DNA of 31,403 nucleotides from Gemmatimonadota bacterium (GCA_031372565.1 JANMLN010000060.1:1-31403); one strand, 5' to 3'; numbered from the stretch's first letter, positions 18,375 to 27,055 are shown. Program-made: numbers and translations. Notes: a model not told the origin generated them from the sequence alone.

Positions 18375-19481
18375 ATGCACGTTGCCGTTCTCAAGGAGAC
18401 CGCCGAGCGCGAGCGCCGAGTGGCGCTGGTGCCCGATAGTGTCGTCCGCCTGCTCAAGGCTGGAGCCACGGTGTCGATCGAGCGTGGCGCTGGCGTGGCG
18501 GCGGGCTTCCCCGACGCCGCGTACGAGAAGGCGGGGGCCGTGATCGCCCCGGATGCGACCGCCGTGATGGTCGGCGCCCGCGTGGTGGCCAAGGTGCAGA
18601 AGCCGACGCTGGCCGAAGCGGCGCTGCTTCCGGAGGGGGTGGTCCTGGTGAGCATGCTGCAGGCGTCGTCGAGCGCCGACCTGCTTCCGGTGCTCGCCGA
18701 GCGAAACGTGACGGCGCTCGCGCTCGAGAAGGTGCCGCGCATCACGCGCGCCCAGAGCATGGATGTCCTGTCATCGCAGGCCACCGTGGCGGGATACAAG
18801 GCGGTGCTGATCGGCGCCACGCAGCTGCCACGCTTCCTGCCGATGTTGACGACGGCGGCCGGCAACATCCCGCCGGCCAAGGCGTTCATCCTCGGCGCTG
18901 GCGTCGCCGGGTTGCAGGCGATTGCCACGGCGCGGCGCCTCGGCGCGGTCGTGAGCGCCTTCGACGTGCGGGCAGCGGCCAAGGAACAGGTGATGTCGCT
19001 GGGCGCCAAGTTCATCGCGGCCGAACTGGTGTCGCCGGGTGCCGAGGCGGCGGGCGGCTACGCCAAGGAGCAGGGCCAGGACGAACAGGCGCGCACGCTG
19101 GCTGCCATCGGTGCGGCGCTGCCCGAGATGGATCTCGTGGTCACGACGGCGGCCATTCCCGGTCGCCCGGCACCGCGCCTGATCACGGCGGCCATGGTGG
19201 CGACGATGAAGCCCGGGGCCGTGATCGTGGACGTCGCCGCGGAGACGGGGGGCAACTGCGAGCTCACCCAACCCGGCGAGACGATCGAGGTCCATGGGGT
19301 CACGATCATGGGTCCGCTCAACCTGCCGAGCACCACGGCGGGGCACGCCAGCGCGATGTTCGGCCGGAACGTGCTCACGCTGCTGCAGCACCTCGCCCCA
19401 CAGAACACGCTCACGATCTCGCTGGACGACGAGATCACGGGCGCGATGGCCGTCGTGCACGACCGCCAGATCCGCGCCTGA
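18375..19481 (+). CDS. pntAA: NAD(P) transhydrogenase subunit alpha, part 1 (soluble dI)
   Basis: ERRVALVP, PRITRAQSMDVLSSQ, GAGVAGLQAI, GGYAKE, TAAIPGRPAP, GGNCELT. Confidence 0.95.
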   Translation: MHVAVLKETAERERRVALVPDSVVRLLKAGATVSIERGAGVAAGFPDAAYEKAGAVIAPDATAVMVGARVVAKVQKPTLAEAALLPEGVVLVSMLQASSSADLLPVLAERNVTALALEKVPRITRAQSMDVLSSQATVAGYKAVLIGATQLPRFLPMLTTAAGNIPPAKAFILGAGVAGLQAIATARRLGAVVSAFDVRAAAKEQVMSLGAKFIAAELVSPGAEAAGGYAKEQGQDEQARTLAAIGAALPEMDLVVTTAAIPGRPAPRLITAAMVATMKPGAVIVDVAAETGGNCELTQPGETIEVHGVTIMGPLNLPSTTAGHASAMFGRNVLTLLQHLAPQNTLTISLDDEITGAMAVVHDRQIRA

Positions 19482-19497
19482 TCGCCCCGGAGAGCCG

Positions 19498-19803
19498 ATG
19501 ACGACTACCTATATCCTGCAGCTGTACGTCTTCATTCTCGCCGGCTTCGTCGGCTACAACATCATCACGCGCGTGCCGCCCCTGCTGCACACGCCGTTGA
19601 TGTCCGCGACCAACGCCATCTCCGCCATCTCGATCGTGGGCGCGCTGGTCGTGGCCGGCTCGAAGCACGGATTGCTGTCGTCGGTGCTGGGGCTGATTGC
19701 CGTCACCTGTGCGACGATCAACGTCGTTGGTGGCTTCATCATCACGGATCGGATGCTGCGCATGTTCAAGCATGCGCCCAGCACGAAGGACGAGGCGAAG
19801 TGA
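19498..19803 (+). CDS. pntAB: NAD(P) transhydrogenase subunit alpha, part 2 (membrane)
   Basis: VPPLLHTPLMSATNAISAI, INVVGGFIITDRMLRMF; ATG 19498 with GGAG upstream. Confidence 0.95.
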   Translation: MTTTYILQLYVFILAGFVGYNIITRVPPLLHTPLMSATNAISAISIVGALVVAGSKHGLLSSVLGLIAVTCATINVVGGFIITDRMLRMFKHAPSTKDEAK

Positions 19804-21248
19804 CCCTCCCAGGCTTCTACTCGGTCGTGGCGGCGGAGGCGGGCAGTGGTTCGCTGGTCCGCCTGCTGCTGACGCAGGGCTCCTACCTCGCCGCGGGCGT
19901 CTTCTTCATCCTCGGCCTCAAGTCCCTCACGCACCCGGACTCGGCCCGCAAGGGCATGCAGCAGGCCGCGATCGGCATGCTGCTGGCCATCATCGGCACG
20001 CTCATTGTCGAGGAGATCGTCGAGTACCAGTGGATCATCGGCGGGCTCGTGCTGGGGTCACTGATCGGCTACCCGCTCGGCGTCCGCGTGCCGATGACGG
20101 CCATGCCACAGCGCATCGCGGTCTCGCACATGTTCGGCGCGCTGGCCGCATCGCTCGTGGGCATTGCCGAGTACCTGCATCGCACCGGTCCGGATGCACA
20201 CGAGGCGATCCCGCGCGCGCAGATGGCGGCGCTCGGCTTCGAAGTGCTGTTCGGCTCGCTGACCGTGACGGGCTCGTTCATGGCCTTTGGCAAGCTGCAG
20301 GAGTTCCTGCCCGGCCGGCCGGTCACGTACAAGGGCCAGAATGCGGTGAACATCGGGGCGTTCGTGCTCACGGTCGGCCTCTGGGCCTACCTGATCTACG
20401 ATCCGACGGCCGCGTGGGCGTTCTGGGCCATGACGATCTCGGCGTTCGTCATCGGCGTGTCGCTGGTGCTCCCGATCGGTGGCGCCGACATGCCGGTCGT
20501 GGTGTCGCTGCTCAATTCGTACGCTGGGCTCGCGGCGAGCGCCACGGGCTTTGCGATTGGCAACACCGTGCTGATCATCGCGGGTGCGCTCGACGGCGCG
20601 AGCGGGTTCATTCTCTCGCTCATCATGTCGAAGGCGATGAACCGGTCGTTTGGCAACGTGATCTTCGGCGCGTTCGGTACGCCGGTCGAGTCGACGGCCA
20701 AGAGCAACGCGGGTCTCACGGTCAAGTCGATCAGCGCGGAGGATGCTGCCATCCAGCTCGCGTACGCATCGAAGGTGATCATCGTGCCGGGGTACGGCAT
20801 GGCGGTCGCGCAGGCCCAGCACACGGTACGGGAGCTCGCCGAGTTGATCGAGAAGAAGGGCGGGGAAGTGAAGTACGCGATCCATCCCGTCGCGGGCCGC
20901 ATGCCGGGGCACATGAACGTGCTCCTCGCCGAGGCCAACGTGCCCTACGAGCGGCTGTACGACATGGAGGAGATCAATGCCGAGTTCGCGACCGCGGACG
21001 TTGCGCTGGTGATTGGTGCGAACGACGTGGTGAATCCGGCCGCCAAGCACGACAAGGGGTCGCCGATCTACGGCATGCCGATTCTGGACGTCGACCAGGC
21101 CAAGTCGATCATCGTGATGAAGCGCTCGATGAACGCAGGGTTCGCCGGCATCGAGAACGAACTGTTCTACGACGCCAAGACGAGCATGCTGTTCGGCGAT
21201 GCAAAGGCGTCGCTCGTGAAGCTGGTGAGCGAGATCAAGACGGCCTGA
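19800..21248 (+). CDS. pntB: NAD(P) transhydrogenase subunit beta
   Basis: MTAMPQ, PIGGADMPVVVSLLNSY, VPGYGMAVAQAQH, HPVAGRMPGHMNVLLAEA, GANDVVNPAA; GTGA overlap with pntAB. Confidence 0.97.
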   Translation: MTLPGFYSVVAAEAGSGSLVRLLLTQGSYLAAGVFFILGLKSLTHPDSARKGMQQAAIGMLLAIIGTLIVEEIVEYQWIIGGLVLGSLIGYPLGVRVPMTAMPQRIAVSHMFGALAASLVGIAEYLHRTGPDAHEAIPRAQMAALGFEVLFGSLTVTGSFMAFGKLQEFLPGRPVTYKGQNAVNIGAFVLTVGLWAYLIYDPTAAWAFWAMTISAFVIGVSLVLPIGGADMPVVVSLLNSYAGLAASATGFAIGNTVLIIAGALDGASGFILSLIMSKAMNRSFGNVIFGAFGTPVESTAKSNAGLTVKSISAEDAAIQLAYASKVIIVPGYGMAVAQAQHTVRELAELIEKKGGEVKYAIHPVAGRMPGHMNVLLAEANVPYERLYDMEEINAEFATADVALVIGANDVVNPAAKHDKGSPIYGMPILDVDQAKSIIVMKRSMNAGFAGIENELFYDAKTSMLFGDAKASLVKLVSEIKTA

Positions 21249-21611
21249 CGCGGGCCGAAGTGTTGCACTGACGCAACGGTGGGCCGCATCGACTCGCGTG
21301 CCCAGTTTGGGGGCCGTTGCGCGGGTCGAGCGGGTGTCGACCCTCTGCTCAATACGACGGCTCGTTCTTGCCTGTGGACGAGCGCCGAGGGCGCCCACAA
21401 CGCGCGCATCACCCCCAGCTTCCGGCTTATTCTCGCAGCAGCAATGACTTACGCACCGCGAGCTTCGCGCAGCGCTGCCTGGAATCACGACCCGAGAAGC
21501 TCACAAAACTGACATAAGGACCGTCCATGTGGAGTCTGCTGGCGGCGCCTCGGCGCGACGATCCGCGATCATCGCAAGTGCGGTGTTTCTATCCACTTGC
21601 CCGAAAACGGA

Positions 21612-21627
21612 CGGCAACGTTCTTGCA
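21612..21627 (+). promoter_or_regulatory. Sigma54 (-24/-12) promoter of the pilus-like operon
   Basis: CGGCAACGTTCTTGCA has the exact GG-N10-GC spacing, with GGCA and TTGCA matching the consensus TGGCACGNNNNTTGCW; 66 nt upstream of the pilin ATG. Confidence 0.6.
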
Positions 21628-21693
21628 CTGAAGCGGTCGAAGCGGCGCGCGCAGGCGCCCGTTGCTCACCCGTATCTCACAGGAGAAGTCTCC

Positions 21694-22206
21694 ATGGTTC
21701 GTCTCAGTCGTTCTACACAGGTACTCGCGGCGGCCGCGCTGGCCCTCGTGATGGGTACCGGGCGCGCACAGGCGCAGATGGCCGTCACCGCGTCGGTCAA
21801 CCCCGCGCTCGCCGTGACGAGTCCTGCCGGCCTCGACTTCGGCGCGGTCACCAAGCCGACGGTCACCACGGTCGCATTCAACGCCGCCACGACGGGCATC
21901 CTGCAGGTGGTTGGCGCGTCGAACGCCGACATCTTCGTCACCTTCCCGTTGACCGTCTCGTTCACCGGCCCGGGCACGCCGCCGGCCTACGCGATCCTGC
22001 CGTCGTCGGTCGGCGCCAAGACGATCTCGAGCGGCACCTGCGATCGCACCGGCACGTCGGTTGTTGACGTGACCACGGGCACGTTGAACCCGAATCTGGG
22101 CGCGGGCGGCATCCTCTGCTACACCGTCGGGGGCCGTCTCACCACGACCTTGGGCACGGCGAGCGGCGTGTTCTCGGGCACCCTGGTCCTGACCGTCAGC
22201 TACTGA
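21694..22206 (+). CDS. Putative major pilin subunit (DUF4402-like / chaperone-usher pilin)
   Basis: RBS AGGAG at 21681; Sec signal ending AQA-Q; all-beta Thr/Gly/Val-rich mature domain; LDFG motif; Cys pair; C-terminal GVFSGTLVLTVSY strand; very strong codon bias. Confidence 0.75.
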   Translation: MVRLSRSTQVLAAAALALVMGTGRAQAQMAVTASVNPALAVTSPAGLDFGAVTKPTVTTVAFNAATTGILQVVGASNADIFVTFPLTVSFTGPGTPPAYAILPSSVGAKTISSGTCDRTGTSVVDVTTGTLNPNLGAGGILCYTVGGRLTTTLGTASGVFSGTLVLTVSY

Positions 22207-22251
22207 TCGGCCCTTGGGGAGCTGGCCATGCGCCAGCTCCTCCCCACCCCG

Positions 22252-22297
22252 ATGGTCGGCCCCGCGGCGCCGCTGCGCTGGGCCGACCATTTCGTCT
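22252..22297 (+). terminator. Terminator / mRNA-stabilising hairpin after the first pilin gene
   Basis: ATGGTCGGCCC (22252-22262) / GGGCCGACCAT (22280-22290) perfect 11-bp stem with further inner pairing, followed by TTCGTCT. Confidence 0.65.
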
Positions 22298-22320
22298 ATC
22301 AGACCGCCCTTCGCGTCCGG

Positions 22321-22896
22321 ATGCTCCTCACCGCCGTGCCTCGCGCCACCGTGATTCGCTCGCTCCGCCGCCGTGCCGAGCGCGGCATCGGTGCGTGCGT
22401 CGCGGTCCTTGGCGCGGCCGGCGCGCTGTGCACCCCGCTCAGCGCCGCACGCGCGCAGCCGGGGGTGCAGTCGGTGCTCACCGCGGCGGTGCTCGTCCTG
22501 CCGCTTCGCCCGTTGGACTTCTCGGCCGTCTTGCCGGGTGTCGCCAAGTCGGTCGATGCGGTCGATCCTCGAGGCGGCGTACTGGAACTGCGTGGTGATC
22601 CCACACGACAGATACGCATCACTCTCACACTTCCCACGGTGATCCTGACGTCCGGCGGCATCTTCATGTCCGTCCTGTACGGCACGAGCGACGCGATCCT
22701 CGCTACCGCCTTCGATCCCACGCTCGGGACGCGGTTCGATCCGAACGCGGCGCGGTTGGCCTGCTTCAACGCGAGCACGGGTTCGCTCTTTCTCTTCCTG
22801 GGCGGACGGGTGGTGCCACGCTCCACGCAGCGGCGCGGCGACTACGCCGGCACCGTCGTGGCCACGGTGACCTACACGGGGGCCCCATGCCCGTGA
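22321..22896 (+). CDS. Second pilin-like subunit (DUF4402-like minor pilin)
   Basis: Signal peptide ending ARA-Q; PLDFSAV motif, LFLFLGGRV, C-terminal GDYAGTVVATVTY, paralogous in layout to 21694-22206; start uncertain (ATG 22321 or GTG 22351). Confidence 0.7.
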   Translation: MLLTAVPRATVIRSLRRRAERGIGACVAVLGAAGALCTPLSAARAQPGVQSVLTAAVLVLPLRPLDFSAVLPGVAKSVDAVDPRGGVLELRGDPTRQIRITLTLPTVILTSGGIFMSVLYGTSDAILATAFDPTLGTRFDPNAARLACFNASTGSLFLFLGGRVVPRSTQRRGDYAGTVVATVTYTGAPCP

Positions 22897-23732
22897 TCCG
22901 TCGCCTGGCAGGGGCGATCGCCGTGGGCGCGGGCCTCGTGCTCGCGACGGCGCAGGGCGCGCGCGCCGTCCTCGTGTCGCCGCTGGCCATCTTCTTCGAC
23001 GGACAGGCGCGCACGACCGAGATCAGCTTGGCCAACACGAGCGCCACGCCGGAAGAGGTCACCATCGACGTCCGGTACGGCTATCCCACGACGGACTCGC
23101 TCACCGAAGCGATCGTCACCCCGACCTTCGCACCCGAGAGCGTGAGTGCGGGCGCCCCCTCCGCTGCGCGCTTTCTTCGCGTGTTTCCGCGGCGCGTGGT
23201 GCTTCAGCCCGGTCAAACCCAGGTGGTGCGGCTCTTCGCAAGCCCACCGGCGGGTCTGGCAGAAGGCGAGTACTGGGCCCGTTTCATGGCGACATCGAAG
23301 CAACTCGCCGATACGGCCAAGGCCGAGGGGGACCGCGTCGGTATCACCTTCGCCATCGTGACCAGCATTCCCGTCTGGTACCGGAAGGGGGCCGTGCGCA
23401 CATCGATCACCGTCGACACGCTGTCGGCACGCGTGCAGCGCGATACGCTCGAGGCACGCGTCGTGCTCGCGCGTGGCGGCAACGCGAGCTGGCTCGGCAC
23501 GGCCAAGTTCAGCCTGAACGATGCACGCGGCCGCCTCGTGCGCGAGTGGCCGGTGATGACCGCCATCTTTCCCGCACAGTACCGGCGACGGTTCCGCTGG
23601 GCGCTCGACGGTGTATCGCCGGGCAGCTACACGCTGACGGCCACATTCACGGCGGCGCGCACTGACATCCGGTCGACCGACGTGCTGCCGGCTCCGGAAG
23701 CCACGCGCTCCGTGCCGGTCACGCTGCCGTAG
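22887..23732 (+). CDS. Periplasmic pilus-assembly chaperone (PapD/EcpB-like, two Ig domains)
   Basis: Signal peptide ending ARA-V; VLVSPLAIFFD, RVFPRRVVLQPGQTQVVRL, LAEGEYWARF, SIPVWYR, RGGNAS are typical of fimbrial chaperones; start ATG 22887 or GTG 22893. Confidence 0.8.
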   Translation: MPVIRRLAGAIAVGAGLVLATAQGARAVLVSPLAIFFDGQARTTEISLANTSATPEEVTIDVRYGYPTTDSLTEAIVTPTFAPESVSAGAPSAARFLRVFPRRVVLQPGQTQVVRLFASPPAGLAEGEYWARFMATSKQLADTAKAEGDRVGITFAIVTSIPVWYRKGAVRTSITVDTLSARVQRDTLEARVVLARGGNASWLGTAKFSLNDARGRLVREWPVMTAIFPAQYRRRFRWALDGVSPGSYTLTATFTAARTDIRSTDVLPAPEATRSVPVTLP

Positions 23733-23737
23733 CGTCG

Positions 23738-26700
23738 ATGCGCCTCCGCCTCGCTTCCCTGTGCGCCAGCACGGCTGTCATGGCCGCGCTCTCGGTGCTG
23801 CCGGGACGTGAGCTCGCCGCGCAGCCCGCGGTGCGGGGTCGCGCCGCGTTGTCCGCACGGCCCAGCTGGGCGTTGGGCGACAGCATCGACGCCGATGCCA
23901 TCGTCCGTGTCGTGATCGAGAATGGCCCGCAGACGACGCTCATCGCGCTCGGGCGCGACACGCTCCTGATGCTGCCGGTCCGTCAGCTCTTCTCGATGCT
24001 CGAGGTCGCCATCACGGACGATGTCCCGGACAAGCGCCTGCTCGGCTTGGTCCATCCTGATCGGCCAGCGGCCGGGTTCGACACCGAGCGAGGACTGCTG
24101 TACGGTGGCGTGACGCCGGTGCCGTTCGCGAAGGACGCGGTGATGTGGCAGCAGGGTGAGCTGTACGCCTCGGCGGCCCTCATTGCCGACGCGCTGCAGG
24201 TGCGCGTCGAGGTCGATCAGTCGTCGCTCACGATCACCTTCCTCGCCGTGCGCGATCTGCCGGTGTTGCGGCGTCTTGAACGGCAGCGGGCGCGCGTTGC
24301 GGCGTTGCGCTCCGGCGCGACGCTCCCCAGCGGCATTCCGATTGTTGATCGGCCGGCCGTCTTCGGAGGGTTTCTGGTGGATTGGTCATTCCTCAGTCCG
24401 ATCGAGAGCCCGACCAATCTTGCCTCGGCCCGTCTCACCTTGGGCGCGCAGCTGCTGGGCGGCGGCCTCGAGGTGCAGCAGCAGCAGTTTGGCGACGCGT
24501 CCTTCCTGCGTGGCCAGACCACATGGAGCTGGACGCGGGCGTGGCAAGAGAACGCATACGTGCGTCAGTTGGGGGTGGGGACCTTGGCGGTGCCCGGTCG
24601 TCGATCGCGCCAGATTGATGGCGCACTCATCACCAACGTGCCGTATTTCCGCCCGGCCGACTACTCCACCGCGTGGCTCGATGGCGTCGTGCCGGCCGGC
24701 TGGGACGTCGAGCTGCAGCGCTACGGCCTGCCGCTCGCCAACGTGCGGCCCGATGCCAGCGGCGCGTGGCGTTTCGAAGTCCCGGTGAGTTACGGTCCGA
24801 ACGAAGTGGAACTGATGGCGTATGGTCCGGGCGGCGTCAGCCGCCGCTGGCGCGCGAATGTCGTGGTGCCGTTCGAGCGGCTGTCGCGCGGACGGTTCGA
24901 GTACGTCGCGGCGGGCGGGGCCTGCCGCCTCGACCTGTGCGAGCGGGCGGCGACGCTGGATCTGCGCTACGGAATCACGGAGCAGCTGACCGTGCAGGGC
25001 GGTACCACGGAGTATGGACTCGCGGGTGGGCGGTCCATCTCGAATCCGTTCCTGCTGGCGGCGTATGCGGTCCGTCCGGACCTCAACATGATCGCCGAGC
25101 ACGTGCAGGGCGGCTACACGCGTGCCGAGCTCGACTACCAGCCCACCACGGACTTCCGCGTGACGCTGAGCGCGGCCGACCTCGACACGACGATCGCCAG
25201 TCTCTTCGTCAATCGGCAGCGGGCGCAGGCCCGTCGCGACGCCCGGATCTTCTGGCGTCCGACGGAGGAGAACCGCGGCTTCTGGTTCGCGCTGCAGCTG
25301 AGCCATGAAGTGCGCGGCGTCGTCACGACCAGTACACAGCAGCTGTCGGCGTCGTACCTGCGCGGTCCGGTGCGTGTGCAAGGCGGCCTCATCCTGGATC
25401 GCACGCAGCTGGCGGGTGCCGCCAGTGCGTTCGCGCGGCAACGCGCGGACGTGACGGTGGAGAGCAGCCAACTGTCACCGTGGCGCGTCACGCGCGGCTG
25501 GTACGGGCGGGCGTCCACCCTGATCGAATCCGACGGCTCGCTGTCGCAGGTGACCGCGAGCCTCTCGAACGCCATGTCACGTCGCTTCCGGTTCGAGACG
25601 GGGCTGCAGTGGGTGCGTGGGCTCAGCACGCCCGTGGCGACCTTCCAGATGCAGACGAATTTTGCAGCCTTCCAGGCCGTCAGCACCATGCAGCAGGCGA
25701 GCGGGCGCGTCGTTGGTGGGCAGATGCTCTCCGGCACGGCGGGGTTCGACGTCGGCGCGCGAACCTTCACGGTTGGAAACGAACTCAACAATGGGCGAGG
25801 CGTCGGGTATGGCGCGGTGCAGATCGACGCGTTCCTCGATGCCAACGGCAATGGCCAGCGCGATCCACTCGAAGCGGCCGTTCCGAACCTGCGGGTGACG
25901 GTCGGTTCACAGTCCGCCACGACCGACGCCGCCGGCGCGGCGTTGGTGCGCACCTTGAACGCGTACGTCGCGTCGTACGTCGAGGTCGACACGGCGGCCC
26001 TGCCCAACCCGATGTGGATCGTGGAGCGTCCGGTGGTGGGGTTGATCGTCCGCCCCAACTCCGCCACGCAGCTCGCGATTCCGGTGCGGCCAGCCGGCGG
26101 CGTGATTGGCCGCCTCGAGTACAGTGATGGCGCGATCGGTCCGACGGGCGCCGAGATCGAACTCGTGCACGTCGAAACGCGTGAGGCGCGCCGTGTGGTG
26201 ACGTTCGCCGACGGCTCGTTCGAGTCGTTCAAGCTGCGCCCGGGTCGCTGGGAAGTGCGGCCGTCGAACGCGACGCTCCGTCGCACCCAATCGCGCGCCG
26301 ACGTGGTGGTGGTGGACGTCGCACCGGTCGGCGCCGAGGGGTTCCTCGAAACGGTGACACTGCAGCTGTTGCCGGTGCTGCTCGCGCCGCCCACCGTTCG
26401 CCTGCCGTCGGTGCCACGGCTCGCGCCGTGGACCCCCGATACCGCGCGGCGACTCGATCTCCCGGTCCCGGCGCGGCCGCGTCGTTCCGCGCTCGCCGCG
26501 TTTGTGCGCGCCGCGCCATCGGCCATCGAGCCGGTGGCCCCGGTGGGCACGCTCGCACCTTCGGCGAGTCGTGCCCGGCCATCTGACGCGCTCACCCCCG
26601 ATGCCCGGCCGACGGTGCCGCGTCCGCGCGCTGTGCGGCCGGTACCCGGCGCCGACCTGCCCAGCAGCGCACCGCGCCTCGCACCACGCAGCGCACCAAC

Positions 26701-27055
26701 CGTCCCGCTCGTGCCGCCTGCCCGCCCGCTCACCCCGGACGCGCGTCCCATACCATCGCGGCCGCGCCCGGCTGTGCCGGCGCCGTCATCCCGCGCGGCG
26801 GCTCCCGAAACGCGTGGCGCCGCAGTCACGCCGCGTGCCGCATCTCCCGTAGTCCCGCGCCCCGAAGCGCCGCGCGCTCGCTCGACAGCTGCCGCACCGT
26901 TGACTCCCGATGCGCGGCCGAGCACTCCGCGTCCGCGCGCGCGTGGAACGCCGGCCTCAGGTGGCGTGGCGGCGCCCCGCGCCACGCCGGTCGGCCCCGC
27001 GCGCCCACCGGTCAAGTCACCTGCGCGCGGCACGACGGTGCGGCCGGAGGACTAG
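23738..27055 (+). CDS. Usher-like outer-membrane assembly protein with C-terminal Ig-like (SdrD-B / carboxypeptidase-regulatory-like) domains and a Pro/Arg-rich tail
   Basis: Signal peptide; plug-like GWDVELQRYG...GAWRFEVPVSYGPNEVELMAYGPGG; long run of amphipathic strands (LRYGITEQLTVQGG); FLDANGNGQRDPLE loop; TFADGSFESFKLRPGRWEV; directly follows the chaperone. Confidence 0.72.
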   Translation: MRLRLASLCASTAVMAALSVLPGRELAAQPAVRGRAALSARPSWALGDSIDADAIVRVVIENGPQTTLIALGRDTLLMLPVRQLFSMLEVAITDDVPDKRLLGLVHPDRPAAGFDTERGLLYGGVTPVPFAKDAVMWQQGELYASAALIADALQVRVEVDQSSLTITFLAVRDLPVLRRLERQRARVAALRSGATLPSGIPIVDRPAVFGGFLVDWSFLSPIESPTNLASARLTLGAQLLGGGLEVQQQQFGDASFLRGQTTWSWTRAWQENAYVRQLGVGTLAVPGRRSRQIDGALITNVPYFRPADYSTAWLDGVVPAGWDVELQRYGLPLANVRPDASGAWRFEVPVSYGPNEVELMAYGPGGVSRRWRANVVVPFERLSRGRFEYVAAGGACRLDLCERAATLDLRYGITEQLTVQGGTTEYGLAGGRSISNPFLLAAYAVRPDLNMIAEHVQGGYTRAELDYQPTTDFRVTLSAADLDTTIASLFVNRQRAQARRDARIFWRPTEENRGFWFALQLSHEVRGVVTTSTQQLSASYLRGPVRVQGGLILDRTQLAGAASAFARQRADVTVESSQLSPWRVTRGWYGRASTLIESDGSLSQVTASLSNAMSRRFRFETGLQWVRGLSTPVATFQMQTNFAAFQAVSTMQQASGRVVGGQMLSGTAGFDVGARTFTVGNELNNGRGVGYGAVQIDAFLDANGNGQRDPLEAAVPNLRVTVGSQSATTDAAGAALVRTLNAYVASYVEVDTAALPNPMWIVERPVVGLIVRPNSATQLAIPVRPAGGVIGRLEYSDGAIGPTGAEIELVHVETREARRVVTFADGSFESFKLRPGRWEVRPSNATLRRTQSRADVVVVDVAPVGAEGFLETVTLQLLPVLLAPPTVRLPSVPRLAPWTPDTARRLDLPVPARPRRSALAAFVRAAPSAIEPVAPVGTLAPSASRARPSDALTPDARPTVPRPRAVRPVPGADLPSSAPRLAPRSAPTVPLVPPARPLTPDARPIPSRPRPAVPAPSSRAAAPETRGAAVTPRAASPVVPRPEAPRARSTAAAPLTPDARPSTPRPRARGTPASGGVAAPRATPVGPARPPVKSPARGTTVRPED
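26591..26935 (+). repeat. Dispersed peptide repeat LTPDARPxxxRPR (3 copies) in the tail of the usher-like protein
   Basis: Copies start at 26591, 26729 and 26900, all in frame; a degenerate WTPDTAR starts at 26429. Confidence 0.85.

Noticed and set aside
21590..21640. Possible c-di-GMP-I riboswitch (CCGAAAACGGACGGCAAC) upstream of the pilin
   Set aside because: It lacks the conserved GCAAA / GACGCAAA elements and a P2 stem; the same bases fit a sigma54 promoter better.
21529..21693. Upstream extension of pilin 1 in the ORF track (also the extensions at 4999-5178, 10628-10777, 28069-28245 and 30151-30309)
   Set aside because: These run through promoter or leader DNA or neighbouring genes; downstream starts have RBSs, signal peptides or family-typical N-termini.
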